Source of the DNA: Eledone cirrhosa
Taxonomy: Eukaryota
Direction of reading: 5' to 3'
DNA: 64,000 nucleotides
Assembly (NCBI GenBank): GCA_964016885.1
Contig: OZ024740.1
Span: 146,816,001-146,880,000 of the forward strand
Shown here: positions 47,963 through 64,000 of the stretch, in pieces
Position numbering within the stretch: the first letter of the stretch is position 1
Layout: each line of letters begins with the position of its first letter
Notes under the pieces: model-generated
Databases searched by the model: none
What the model was told of the DNA's origin: nothing
The model's input: only the letters and a program-made list of their open reading frames with translations
Program-made: the position numbers and the translations under genes

Positions 47963-48244
47963 GTAATAAACAAGAAAGATGGTTTCATTTGTACATCCTT
48001 ATTTATTTTGTTATACGTATTTCAAAGACGTTGTTGTATAACAACTGCCCTACGCGTTCTCTGAAGAGGACGCGTAGGGCAGTTGTTATACAACATATGT
48101 TGTTAAAGGCATATGTAAAATCGATTAGTGGTCAGTTCTTCAGTTTAAAGTCCCTAGGGAGAATGATGCGCCAAAGTGAAAACATATATGTATACATATA
48201 TACACATGTACATGTACACATACACACACTCCCACACACACACA

Positions 48245-48429
<185 letters not shown>

Positions 48430-48525
48430 AATATGGGTGAGAAGAATACTGCTGGTTCACATGGATAACATGTTATAAAATGAGTCCCTCATCAGTGATT
48501 TACCAAACGATCATGGGTATTTCAT

Positions 48526-48582
<57 letters not shown>

Positions 48583-49110
48583 AGTGAGTGTGAAAGACCA
48601 AAGGTCATTATTGAAAGCCTCTGGATGTGTATATTGCAGAAGGTACTTTATATTTGTTATTGGAGAAGGTAACAACGATCACTTGCATACTCTACTGTAA
48701 ATAACAGTATACTATACACTGACAATTATTTAAAAATTCAGTTATAACATTCTGTATTAACATTTAGTATTACTATATGCTGCCAGTAATATGTATAGTA
48801 TATATACACTATAATTAGTGGGGGGAAAATATACATTTTTTCCCACAAAAATTTGATTGCACTGTTTTGTTTTCACTTATGTATTTTTTGGAAATGTAAT
48901 TTATTTATTATAAAAATTAAATGATAGCATTGTATATATGGGTGGCAACCAATATTTTTAGCCACAGTCAGCCATTGTATATATATATATATACATACAC
49001 ACGTATATATACACACACGTCCATCAACTATATTCAAAACGCGCGCGCGCACACACAATATATATATATATTTTCTCACAGAAAAACCACAGACCCTCCA
49101 TCTCAACTCA

Positions 49111-49148
49111 CCTTTTGAAAAGCAGAAGAACTGCGAAACCGGTAAAGG
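49111..49148 (+). ncRNA. Hammerhead ribozyme, U3-A8 variant
   Basis: Identical to 44091-44128. Confidence 0.7.
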
Positions 49149-49288
49149 AACCAAATAAATATATATATTTAAAAAAAAAAAAAAAAAATAAGACTTCAGT
49201 TGCATTTTCGATTTCATCTCTTTTTCTTTATACTTTCACTCGTGTAGGACACCTCGGTTATTTTTCATTTTGTAAAAAAAAACCTCAC

Positions 49289-49327
<39 letters not shown>

Positions 49328-49398
49328 TGTGTATATATACATGTGTATATATTTGTATATGTACATGTGTATATGTACATATGTACATGTGTATATAC

Positions 49399-49438
<40 letters not shown>

Positions 49439-49796
49439 TATATGTATATATCAGTAAGAGTCAACGGTCATCCAAAAATGTGTAAATATGTATATACGCA
49501 TGTACATATGTATATGTATACATGTGTATGTATATGCGCGGGGGGATAGAAATAGTCGGGCTGGATACCCGATCGTGCGGTTAAACCACTGGGAGTGAAG
49601 GACTCCTAGCCTTTGTCTGGGCATTCTTCTAGGAGAAGGCAATTCAGGAAACTGGGATAACTCCGATATAAAACCTACGGCTCAGTAGTTACCGATGATG
49701 TTGATCTTTTCTTCTTTTAGGGTTATAGCTACTGTCGCCCAGAGAGTGGGATTGGCTCAGTGCATAGTCTACACACACACACACACACACAGATAC

Positions 49797-49862
<66 letters not shown>

Positions 49863-49955
49863 GTATATATATATATATATACCCACTCTACTACCCTAAG
49901 TATTGAGTACTTTGGTGCGTTATGGTCCACCTGGTTCCTTACCACATTTCCTTTG

Positions 49956-50005
<50 letters not shown>

Positions 50006-50100
50006 GTATGTATAGTTCAATATGACAAACCAACAAACGCAAGAGTCAATGGTACATAGTGTTATTAGCTTCACGCTTGGTGAGAAGGAGGGGGGTTGTT

Positions 50101-50134
50101 AACGACGTTTCGGACAAAAGTCCTTCATCAGGAG
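50101..50134 (-). ncRNA. Minimal hammerhead motif at the end of a probable PLE 3' UTR (~50015-50800)
   Basis: CTGATGA-A-GGAC-TTTT-GTCC-GAA-ACGT-C; stem I is weak. Confidence 0.55.
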
Positions 50135-50852
50135 AGTGGGGAAGGAATTCCGCGAGGGAGTGAGGGGGGAGTTAGCGGGAAAAACATGAAAAGACGGGAA
50201 AAATAGAAATGATAAATATAAAATGTGAAATCAAAATAGAATTAATCTGAATATAATTTAAATGAATGAATTAAAAAAAAAAAACAGAGTATTAAAAAAT
50301 CAGAGGGGTGTATGGGTCCGGGAAGGCAAGAGTTTGGTGGTCTGTAATGGGTGGGTGGAGATAGAGGGTGAGAGGAGCAAGAAAAATGGAGTCCGAGTGA
50401 GGATGGCGGAAGGTAAGGTGTATATGTGTGTGTATGCGTGCATATAAGTGTGAGAGTCTGGGAGGAAGAGAGTGTATGTGATTGTGTGTTTTGAAAAATC
50501 ATTCTGGTTTGGAGTGGTGTGTATGTCTGTGCGAGTATAGTCCCTGTATGGGTGTAGGTGTGTGTGTGGATGGAAAGGGTCGTCGGGTGAGGTGAGATGA
50601 GATCGTGTCAAATCCGGAGGCGGTGTGGGGCGGAGCGTGGGTGTATGTGCAGATGTGCACATGTGTGTGTGTGTGTGTGTGTGTGTTTGTGTGGTTAAGA
50701 GAGGGGGACGCGTGTATATCTGTAGGTGATGGGGGTTCGTGTGAAATGTGTAGTTACGTGTGTGCGAAAATGGTGCAAGTGTCTCTGTGTGTCTAAGTTT
50801 CTGAATATATATATATGTATAATAATATATTATATTACATTATATATATATA

Positions 50853-50897
<45 letters not shown>

Positions 50898-50904
50898 CTA
50901 TCTA

Positions 50905-50976
<72 letters not shown>

Positions 50977-51067
50977 AAAATTAGATTTTTTTTATAACAC
51001 GGGTGAAAGTATAAGGAAAAGAAATCGAAAATGCAACTGAAATCTTTTTAAGAATATTCATTTATTT

Positions 51068-51105
51068 CCTTTACCGGTTTCACAATTCTAATGTTTTTCA
51101 AAAGT
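51068..51105 (-). ncRNA. Hammerhead U3-A8 variant, diverged relative
   Basis: CTT-TTGAAAA-ACA-TTAGAAT-TGT-GAA-ACCGGT-A-AAG; stem II basal pair covaries (G-C to A-U). Confidence 0.65.
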
Positions 51106-52039
51106 AAAATCGCGATGAAGGGTTTGTGGTTTGTCTCGCATCTGGCTCATGTTCGAAAGTTCTTTCTGTTTTATGTGTAAAAAGTGGCTCGAATTGCTGG
51201 GTAATTTAATTGCTTGGTAATTTTAAGTAATTTAGTTGGTTGATGACTGTCACGTGAATAAGTGCAATAAATTTCGCGCCACTTCGTGTTCCAAAGTTCT
51301 TATTGTATTTGCCTTTAAAAAATGTGACTCAAATTGTTGTTTTTCTATAAATGTAATTTGGTTGGTTGATGACTGTCACGTGAATAAGTACATCAAATTT
51401 CGCGCCAGTTCGTGTTTGAGGGCCATATAATATAGGAGTCAGAAAAGGATGGTTTGTCATAGAAAGTTTTGTGCCAAACAAAAGATAATGGTCAATAAAT
51501 GGGAGGGAGGGGAAATAAGGATGGTCCAGTGGGTATAGCTGATGTCGTGCTAAGATGTCAAAATTCTGGTTGTTTCAGCTGGTGTCTCTGGTCATTCTCT
51601 GCGATAACGCTTTTGCTGTTTTGTCCGCGGAGCGCGGCTGTGGCACTGCTCCGACTGGGATGTAGTGACTCTTTCTATCCCTTTCCCTTTCTTTCGATGC
51701 TTGATCTTTCTTTCCTTTTCTTTTTCTCCTTTCCATTTCCATTTTCTTTTTTTCTTCCTTTTCTGTTCCCTTTAATAGTGTGTTTTGTTTTTCTTAGATA
51801 CTGCTCAATATGTACTTATACTTTACATTGTTTATTTAATTATATCATAGGAATGAATTACTAAAATGTCATTCTTGTCTTTAATCACTTCCACGTGTCA
51901 GTAATTCAAACATTAATTTATCAAAATGCAAATTTCCCAGTTTGTATGATTGTTCTTATATCCGGTAATCTTGTTATATATTTATGGCATACCAATGCTG
52001 GACACCAAAAATTAAATACGTTCAACGCTATTGCTGCTG

Positions 52040-52147
<108 letters not shown>

Positions 52148-52275
52148 ACACACACACATATATATATATATTAATTATTTAAAAAAAAAAATACAAACGA
52201 AGGACAAAGAACTCCATGGTCCTCGGCCGTTGAGATGGACTTAGACGGTATAAATATGTATATATATATATATGT

Positions 52276-52361
<86 letters not shown>

Positions 52362-52491
52362 ATGTGAAATCCCAACTACGGCGTAAGCGGTTTCGGTTTC
52401 TGTGTTCAGCAAGCCTTTGTGATGGTGTAGTAACATTTGTAGGGTGTTAAAAAAGTAGGTCACTGGTCTTGGTAGTGCTTTGGTTGAGTTT

Positions 52492-52538
<47 letters not shown>

Positions 52539-52559
52539 CATATCTATCTATCTATATAT

Positions 52560-52751
52560 AATTGTTTCTACTTTTGGCTCAAAGCCAGCAATTACCCCAG
52601 CGCATTACTGGTGCTTTATTTTATCGACCCCGTAAAAATGAAAGGCAAAGTTAACCTCAGCGGGATTTGAACTCGGAACGTAAAAGGCCATAACTCGATA
52701 CTGCAAAGCATGGTGTCTGACGCTCTACCGATACTGCCAAATCCACCGCCC
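52560..52751 (-). mobile_element. Full-length SINE family A
   Basis: A/B boxes, central domain and 3' tail. Confidence 0.88.
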
Positions 52752-53072
52752 TTTCTGCACAGTGTACCAAATTGCACCGACGAGTTATCAGTCAACCCGT
52801 GGCTATAGTAGGGAACCCCCCCCCAAAAAAAAATTGCCCCCAAGTTGTGACGCGGTGGGATCGAAACCGGAATCATGTGGGTGAGTAGCTGTGCTGCCTG
52901 TCAACCACTACCAGTAAATATAGTAATCATAAAGTAGAAACCTCAACACTTCATGTATCTAGCCTCGTTACGTCAGTAGGCCATTCATTTATTTGAATTA
53001 ATACAGTTCCTTTATTTAACTTTGGTCCTTTTCAGTTTTCCTCTATTCTTTCTCATCTCTCTCTCTCTCTCT

Positions 53073-53112
<40 letters not shown>

Positions 53113-53300
53113 CCCCCTCTCTATCTCTCTCGCTCTCTCTATCTCTCTCTCACTCCCCCCTCTCTCTATCTCTCTATCTCTCCAGTGTGTGTGTGTTTGT
53201 TTATTGAATTTAATTTTAATTACTTTTTTCTTTTGATTCTTTTTCTTTTTTGAAAACTGAATAGAAATTTATATGGAAAAAAAAACTATCAATAAAAAAA

Positions 53301-53348
<48 letters not shown>

Positions 53349-53549
53349 ATACAAAATAAATCAACGACATTTCTGAACGGACAGGAAATAAATAGAAAAA
53401 CAGTTGAAATGTGAGAATGACAAGTCAAGACAGCGCCTCCACATGAATCTGTCAGGAAACGTCGGTTAAGCCACGCCTTAGTAATATGCTCAGCACGCGC
53501 ACACACACAAACACAGACACACACACACATTCATGCGGAAACTTTTGCC

Positions 53550-53810
<261 letters not shown>

Positions 53811-54455
53811 GTCTATATATAACTCTGTCCCTCTCCTTTTTGTTTTGTTTTCTGTTTCACTTTCTTTAATATTTTTCCCTTTTAATTTCTTTCTTTCTTT
53901 TAGTTGATTATCTTTCATTTTCCGTCTCTTTTTTCCATTTTCACTGTCTATATATTTACCTGTCACCTTCTTTTTCCGAGTCGTCTCAACGCTTTCCTTC
54001 CTTCTTATTCGATTTTCCCTCACTCTCTCTTGTTTATTGCTCTTTCGTTTAGATAGGAACCAACAGCTAACTATCAGTAAATATTGTACAACGCCGGTAG
54101 CAATGAATGACAAGAAGGTTATTGTTGCTAATTTTAATTTAATCCCTCACAACCATTCCACTCACTTCACTGGAGAAAAAGCTCAAGCCAATTTTATGGA
54201 AGCCATTTCGGTTTTGATCGCCATCACTTGAGCTCTGCCAAATGGACAAACTTCTGACATATTTAAACAGATACAGTTGAAACGAAATTAATTAGTTACT
54301 CTTTATAAGGTTTCGCCTCTTTTACAAGAATATTTCGAGCAAGTGGCATTAGATATTGTCGATATTATAGCTTCGAAAGCTATAGGACGATAAAAAGAGA
54401 AGGATGGCAAAATATTGTGAAAAGAGATATACACAGAACCAGAAAAGGGAGGGAG

Positions 54456-56277
<1,822 letters not shown>

Positions 56278-57479
56278 CCGGGAAAGGAAAAGCAGTCAAT
56301 TTCAATGACATGTCTGTTACTTGTTTTATCAGATTTGCTTTTTCCATTTGTCCACTGAATCACATTGGAATTTTTCCTGTACAGTTACGTTTATTCTACT
56401 CCGATCTTAGATCTGGTTACAATTCAAATATACCTCCAGCAATAGCAGTATCTTACCTACCTACTTAAACAAATTACTCTCTTTACTAAAAGCGACAAAT
56501 TATTGCTTCTTGACGAATATTTCTCAACCACAAAATTCTCAATTGACTAAGTTCGTTGTTGTCTCCTTTACTTGCCCAGTCAAAGAATAATGGCAGCAAA
56601 CTTCTAATGTATGTATGAAGCCGTAATTCTTGTGGAGTCGAATGGGCATCAGAGCATTTTAAACACAACTGAGCCAATTCCTCCTCCGGGTCTGAACACA
56701 CTCTCTCATTCTCTGGAAGAAATGGCTTGTGTCCAAACCTGGAGAGAGGATGGGCTCTGTTAGGTTTTTCTCTTTCTCTGGAAGAAATTGGTTGAGTGAT
56801 AGAGAGGAAGTGAGAAAGAAATATGGAGGAAGAATCGATCCCAATACTGAACTGGCATTTTTTTTTATCGACCTCGAAAAGATGAAAGGCAAAGTGAACC
56901 GCAAAGCATTCTATCTGACGATCTGTCAATTCACCGCCCCGAACTCCTAATATATTCGCGTATTTAACCCTACTGTGGTTATTTATGATGTTAAAACCAT
57001 AGAAATAGTGAAAACCACTTAATTTTCACAGTGTTTTCATACCCCCTCTCATCCGTGTTCTTTGTCCTAATCACCGGGCATCCAAACATCACCTATGTCA
57101 GGTTAAAAAATATAGGTCCACTGGATTTTATATTGGAAACTTTTGATAAATCGGAAAATAAAGAGAAAAGAAATTAGTCATAAAAGCAAAAAGGTAAATT
57201 TAAACGAATGAAAAATAAAGATAAATGTTTATATTTTCAAAGATAGAGGATCAAGTGTAATAAAGAGCATTTTTGTTTCTTTCTCATTTGTCATTTCTGT
57301 TTGTTTTCACAATTCATTACGAAATGTAAGGACGGATTCTTTATTCAATATGAAGAAAAATTTATTTCTAATTTAAACACACGACCATTGATTGCTTTAT
57401 GTTATCGATTGTTTTATGTTATCGATTACTTGATGATTACTTTACGTTATCGACCCCAGAAAGATTAAAGACTCACTGT

Positions 57480-58380
57480 TCTAGGTATGTACAGAGAGCT
57501 ACGATGAAACACGGTGGCTGATCTCGTCAGATTATTTATTCTGGATACACTAAAGTAATTACGCAATCCACGGTCGGTCCTGTACAAAGATGATCTTCAA
57601 ATCTCAATCAGATAAGTTCAAGTAAAATGTAATACAAATCTTCGAAAAGTTCGGCCTAAATATAATGATCACCACTAATTTAATTAAAGTCGACTTCCTG
57701 AGCATTACCTTAAACCCCAAACTAGGCAAATCCTACCCCTAGAGGACATCTAACAAGGAAACAATATACATTTATAGGAAGCATAACCATCTTTCCAGAG
57801 TAATTAGAAACCTAGTAACCGACATCAGCAGAAGAATCCCTAGTTTATCGTCTGATAGAGATATCTTCAATAGGACCACGCCATGAGGCCCCAATGAGGA
57901 AAGGTTTAGTAAGAAGTTAGTATTTATGGAGGATCCTCCGCTCTCTTCAACCCCGTAAGAGGAAGAGTAACGTAAACTGGTTCAATCCTCCACAAATGAA
58001 GCTAGAAACTTTTTGTTTCTAATTAGAAAGCACTTACTAAACATCCACAAGTACCATAAACGCTATTTCCCATAAAATTAACGTAGCATCGCTTCCACTA
58101 TCACACGATATACGACGTCCCAACCCCCCACAAAAAACCAATACGCACTTACACAGGCCTAACACCATGCACCAGCTAGCACCTGCCGCAATTCAACTGT
58201 TTCAAAGTTTGCGGTCAATAGAGCCGCTTGCGCATCATCAGATGGTATTTCGATGAACTTCATGGGTCTAACAGCCAATGAATAACCAACATAGACATGG
58301 AAACCTCTAACTCTTTGTTTCATCTGGGGACTTAATGACCAAAGAAATTACTCCTTCGCATGAAGCTTCGTGGGACAGCG
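57480..58380 (+). mobile_element. Highly degenerate Penelope-like element (PLE4)
   Basis: Fragments VADLVRLFILDTLK, LYKDD, VDFLSITLNP, HNH..VIRNLV, VNWFNPP in shifting frames. Confidence 0.7.
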
Positions 58381-58806
58381 ATGGCATATATATATATATA
58401 TATATATATATTTCCTAGATCTAATAATTAATTAATTAATTAAATTACATAATTCCATTGATTGATTGATTAATTATTTATGTTTGTTTAATAACGTCTA
58501 GTCGAGAGCTTCTTATTCGGTTTGTGGAATGGAATCAATTCCTTTCTTCACACTTTGAATTTTCCTGCCAAAAGCCCTGGGTTATTTCCATTGTTGGGGA
58601 AATAGCACGTGACAGTGATACATTGACTGTTACCATTAGTAGTAGCCTGCTGCTACACTTCACACTGGTTTGACGCAGAGAACGGAAACCTGTTGATAAC
58701 GTGAGTCCGCAGTTCGGTCTTCAAATACCACAAACTCGCATATTGTGCAAGTAGGATTGTTGATTTTGGATTTTAGTAAAAACCTATATATATATATATA
58801 TATATA

Positions 58807-61080
58807 AAATTAGAATTGGTGCTCTGAAATAGCGATATCTATATGAATGTATATATAGTGTATTTTGCAATACACTGTATGCTTAATTAAAAGCATTTTG
58901 AAGACCTTAAGCCATTGTTTTAAAGTAGTGACTATGTCACTTACTTCTTTTTCAACAAAAAAAGGGAGATAAGCTGACAGATCTCTGTTTCATAGTGTTG
59001 GTATTCCTCAGAGCTTAGCACTCCCTTTGTTTTTTGAAAATTATGAATATTGGATTCTTATAGAATTCCAGTAATAATCAGGAACTGATTATACAGAGCG
59101 GTTGCCGGTCCAGCAAAATTTGAAAATTAGAATTGGTGCTCTGAAATAGCGTTAGACACGCAATGACTAACAACAGAATGTTTTAAGTCTGCGTGTCTGA
59201 CATATATGCGTAGCTATAAATAAAAAATTCAAGGGGTGTCGGTGGCCGTGGTGATGATCGCTGCCAAACATGTTTTGTAATGTATCGTCTTATTGGCTAA
59301 TTTCATCGTCTTATTGGCTAATCAACCAACGAGAGTAATTGTTGTTCAAAAGCATCTGCCATTTTGTTTGCACGTTTATTTATCGTTTCGCTTTCGAATC
59401 ACCCTCCTGTATTTCGTCGTTTATCATCAAAATATTTTTCTGGTTTTGGTAAGTTATATTGTTAATTTATATATGATTTTTTAAATTTATATTAATTATT
59501 TTTTTTCAGTTCGTTATAACATGCTTATAATATTGGTTGTATCATATTTACTTGTATATTTGTCCATATTATTGTTCGTTTTATGTTAGATTATTTTTTT
59601 TTATGATGTTAGACTATTTGTATGTAATATTTAATTTTTATTAATTCAACTATAACAATTATTATGTAAAATATATTTATTTAATATTGATTGTTTTTTG
59701 TAGTTGTTTATATTAAAAGTCTGAAAATATTTTTATACATCTTACAATAATATTTATAAGATCATTTATAAAATAACAATTATAGAATCTAATTACATTA
59801 CAACGATAATTTATTATTAATATATATCATGCTTAACTAGAGTTATTACAAACGTTGCCTTAAAAAATATTAAACTAGACCTCAAAAATGCGCAAGCTCA
59901 AAAGAGCCACAGAATGTTATAATAAACCTTCAAAAGTGTGGGACTAGGGTTGTTGCTTAAAAATATTGTAATCATTATCTATAGTATACTGTGTGGCATC
60001 CTTTCATAAAAAAGAGACTCATAACGAACTCAAGATGACACGATAATTATTTAAGTAAATTTATAATGTAGAATTCGGTTTAAGTGCATTTTGTATTAAT
60101 CATTATTAAACATCTAATATGAGATATTGAATATTAGCTTAAATAATTATCGTGTCGTCTTGAGTTCGTTATGAGTCTCTTTTTTATAAAAGGATTCCAC
60201 AGAGTGTATGATAAATAATGATTACAATATTTTTGAGCAACAACTCTAGTCCCACACCTTTGAAGGTTTATTATAACATTCTGTGGCTCTTTTGAGCTTG
60301 CGCATTTTTCAGGTCTAGTATACGAATGTATATATAGTGTATTTTTGCAATACACTGTATGCTTAATTAAAAGCATTTTGAAGACCTTACGCTATTGTTT
60401 TAAAGTAGTGACTATGTCACTTACTTCTTTTTTCAACAAACAAAGGGAGATAAACTGACAGATCTCTGTTTCATAGTGTTGGTATTCCTCAGAGCTTAGC
60501 ACTCCTTTTGTTTTTTGAAAATTATGAATGTTGGATTCTTATAGAATTCCAGTAATAATCAGGAACTGATTATACAGAGCGGTTGCCGGTCCAGCAGAAA
60601 TTGAAAATTAGAATTGGTGATCTGAAATAGCGATATATATATGAATGTATATATAGTGTATTTTGCAATACACTGTATGCTTAATTAAAAGCATTTTGAA
60701 GACCTTACGCTTGTAATTAAGCATACAGTGTATTGCAAAATACACTATATATACATTCATATATATATCGCTATTTCAGAGCACCAATTCTAATTTTCAA
60801 ATTTGCTGGACCGGCAACCGCTCTGTATAATCAGTTCTTGATTATTACTGGAATTCTATAAGAATCCAACATTCATAATTTTCAAGAAACAAAGGGAGTG
60901 ATAAGCTCTGTAGAATACCAACAGTATGAAACAGAGATCTGTCAGCTTATCTCCCTTTGTTAGCCGAAAAAAGAAGTAACTGACTTAGTCACTACTGTAA
61001 AAAAATAGCGTAAGGTCTGCAAAATGCTTTTAATTAAGCATACAGTGTATTGCAAAATATACTATATATACATTCATAAA
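58807..61080. mobile_element. Complex tandem/inverted array of a non-coding pLTR-like repeat
   Basis: ~317 bp-period unit at 58807-59150 and 60321-60710, inverted at 60714-61080; block 59876-60056 inverted at 60137-60318. Confidence 0.8.
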
Positions 61081-61327
61081 TATATATAAATTAATAAAAA
61101 TAATGAATGAAAACAAAGAAACAGTTCCTTATATTAAAAAATTCATCATTTTACGATCGTTTCTAGGATATATATGTGTGTGTTGGTATGTATATCATAG
61201 ATCTATGTAAAATTTTTACAAACTATCAGAGGGAATATACCTACCTACACATATATATGCTGTCTTCAGAAATAATTGTTTCTACTTTTGGCACAAGGCC
61301 AGCAATTACCCAGTGCATTACTGGTAT

Positions 61328-63240
<1,913 letters not shown>

Positions 63241-63243
63241 CTT

Positions 63244-63371
<128 letters not shown>

Positions 63372-63512
63372 GGCGCATGGCTTATTGGTTACAGCATTGG
63401 GCTTGAAATCGTAAGGTTGTGAGTTCAATTCTCGGACCGGGTGATGTGTTGTTTCCTTGAGCAAGATACTTTATTTCACGTTGCTCCAGTTTACTCATCT
63501 GTAGAAATGAGA
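63372..63512 (+). mobile_element. tRNA-derived SINE (family C)
   Basis: GGCGCATGGCTTATTGG (A box), GAGTTCAATTC (B box), GTGTTGTTTCCTTGAGCAAGATACTTT central domain. Confidence 0.8.
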
Positions 63513-64000
63513 TGATAGGACTGGGGTCCCTATCATTAAATCACCGAAGACACCTCCAATGAGATATACCTTGGAGAAGCCAGCTAAACCTATATCTATA
63601 TATAATATTTATATGTATGCATATTTATATGCATATGTAGAACATTCTGTATGTATCTATGTATATATATGTATATGAAATAAACTGTATTAGAGAGAGT
63701 TTACTTTGTAGAGTTATATATTAATATATATATATATATATATATATATACTAGCTAAACTACCCATCCTTTGGACGGTTCAAGTAGCTTTCGATGTAGT
63801 TCATTAAACTAAACAAAGTAAATTTGAATACATAGAAGAGAAATGTACTTTATGTAAACATGAAAACCTTAGGCACTATTCCAGCGAAATAATTAATATG
63901 TGAGCTCGGTGTCTTTTTTGACAACAGTAAAAGCGCATCATGAAATAGAGAAGTGAAGTGAATAATAGACACTATTATGTACAAAGCATAATATTGTAAA

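Noticed and set aside
63750-63790. ACTAG..ACCC start resembling a Helentron/HINE terminus; hAT/MITE-like ends at 1-25, ~34740-34830 and ~47520-47570
   Set aside because: Too short and without a matching second end in the window

Overview
Eukaryotic, very AT-rich, microsatellite-saturated genomic DNA. The repeat content (tRNA-derived SINEs, Penelope-like elements, huge (TA)n tracts) suggests a mollusc, probably an octopus; this is an inference. There is one host gene: a minus-strand PRD-class homeobox gene. Exon 1 (42299-42707) carries an eh1/octapeptide motif, exon 2 (16723-16943) carries homeodomain residues 1-46, and the last homeobox exon is not found in the window. The rest is retroelement debris: four Penelope-like elements (RT with YRDD/YKDD plus C-terminal GIY-YIG, Hydra-clade-like), Tx1, CR1/L2, CRE and R4/Dong LINE fragments, and many SINEs. 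The most striking signal, which the ORF track misses, is a dense population of short non-coding fold-back or tandem elements embedded in (TA)n. They come from at least seven unrelated sequence families and carry type I hammerhead ribozyme folds, including non-canonical cores (compensatory U3-A8, U4A, and a recurrent U-U at the base of stem II). All folds were paired by eye; no activity is demonstrated. The [12 protein letters not shown]-type ORFs are microsatellite artefacts.
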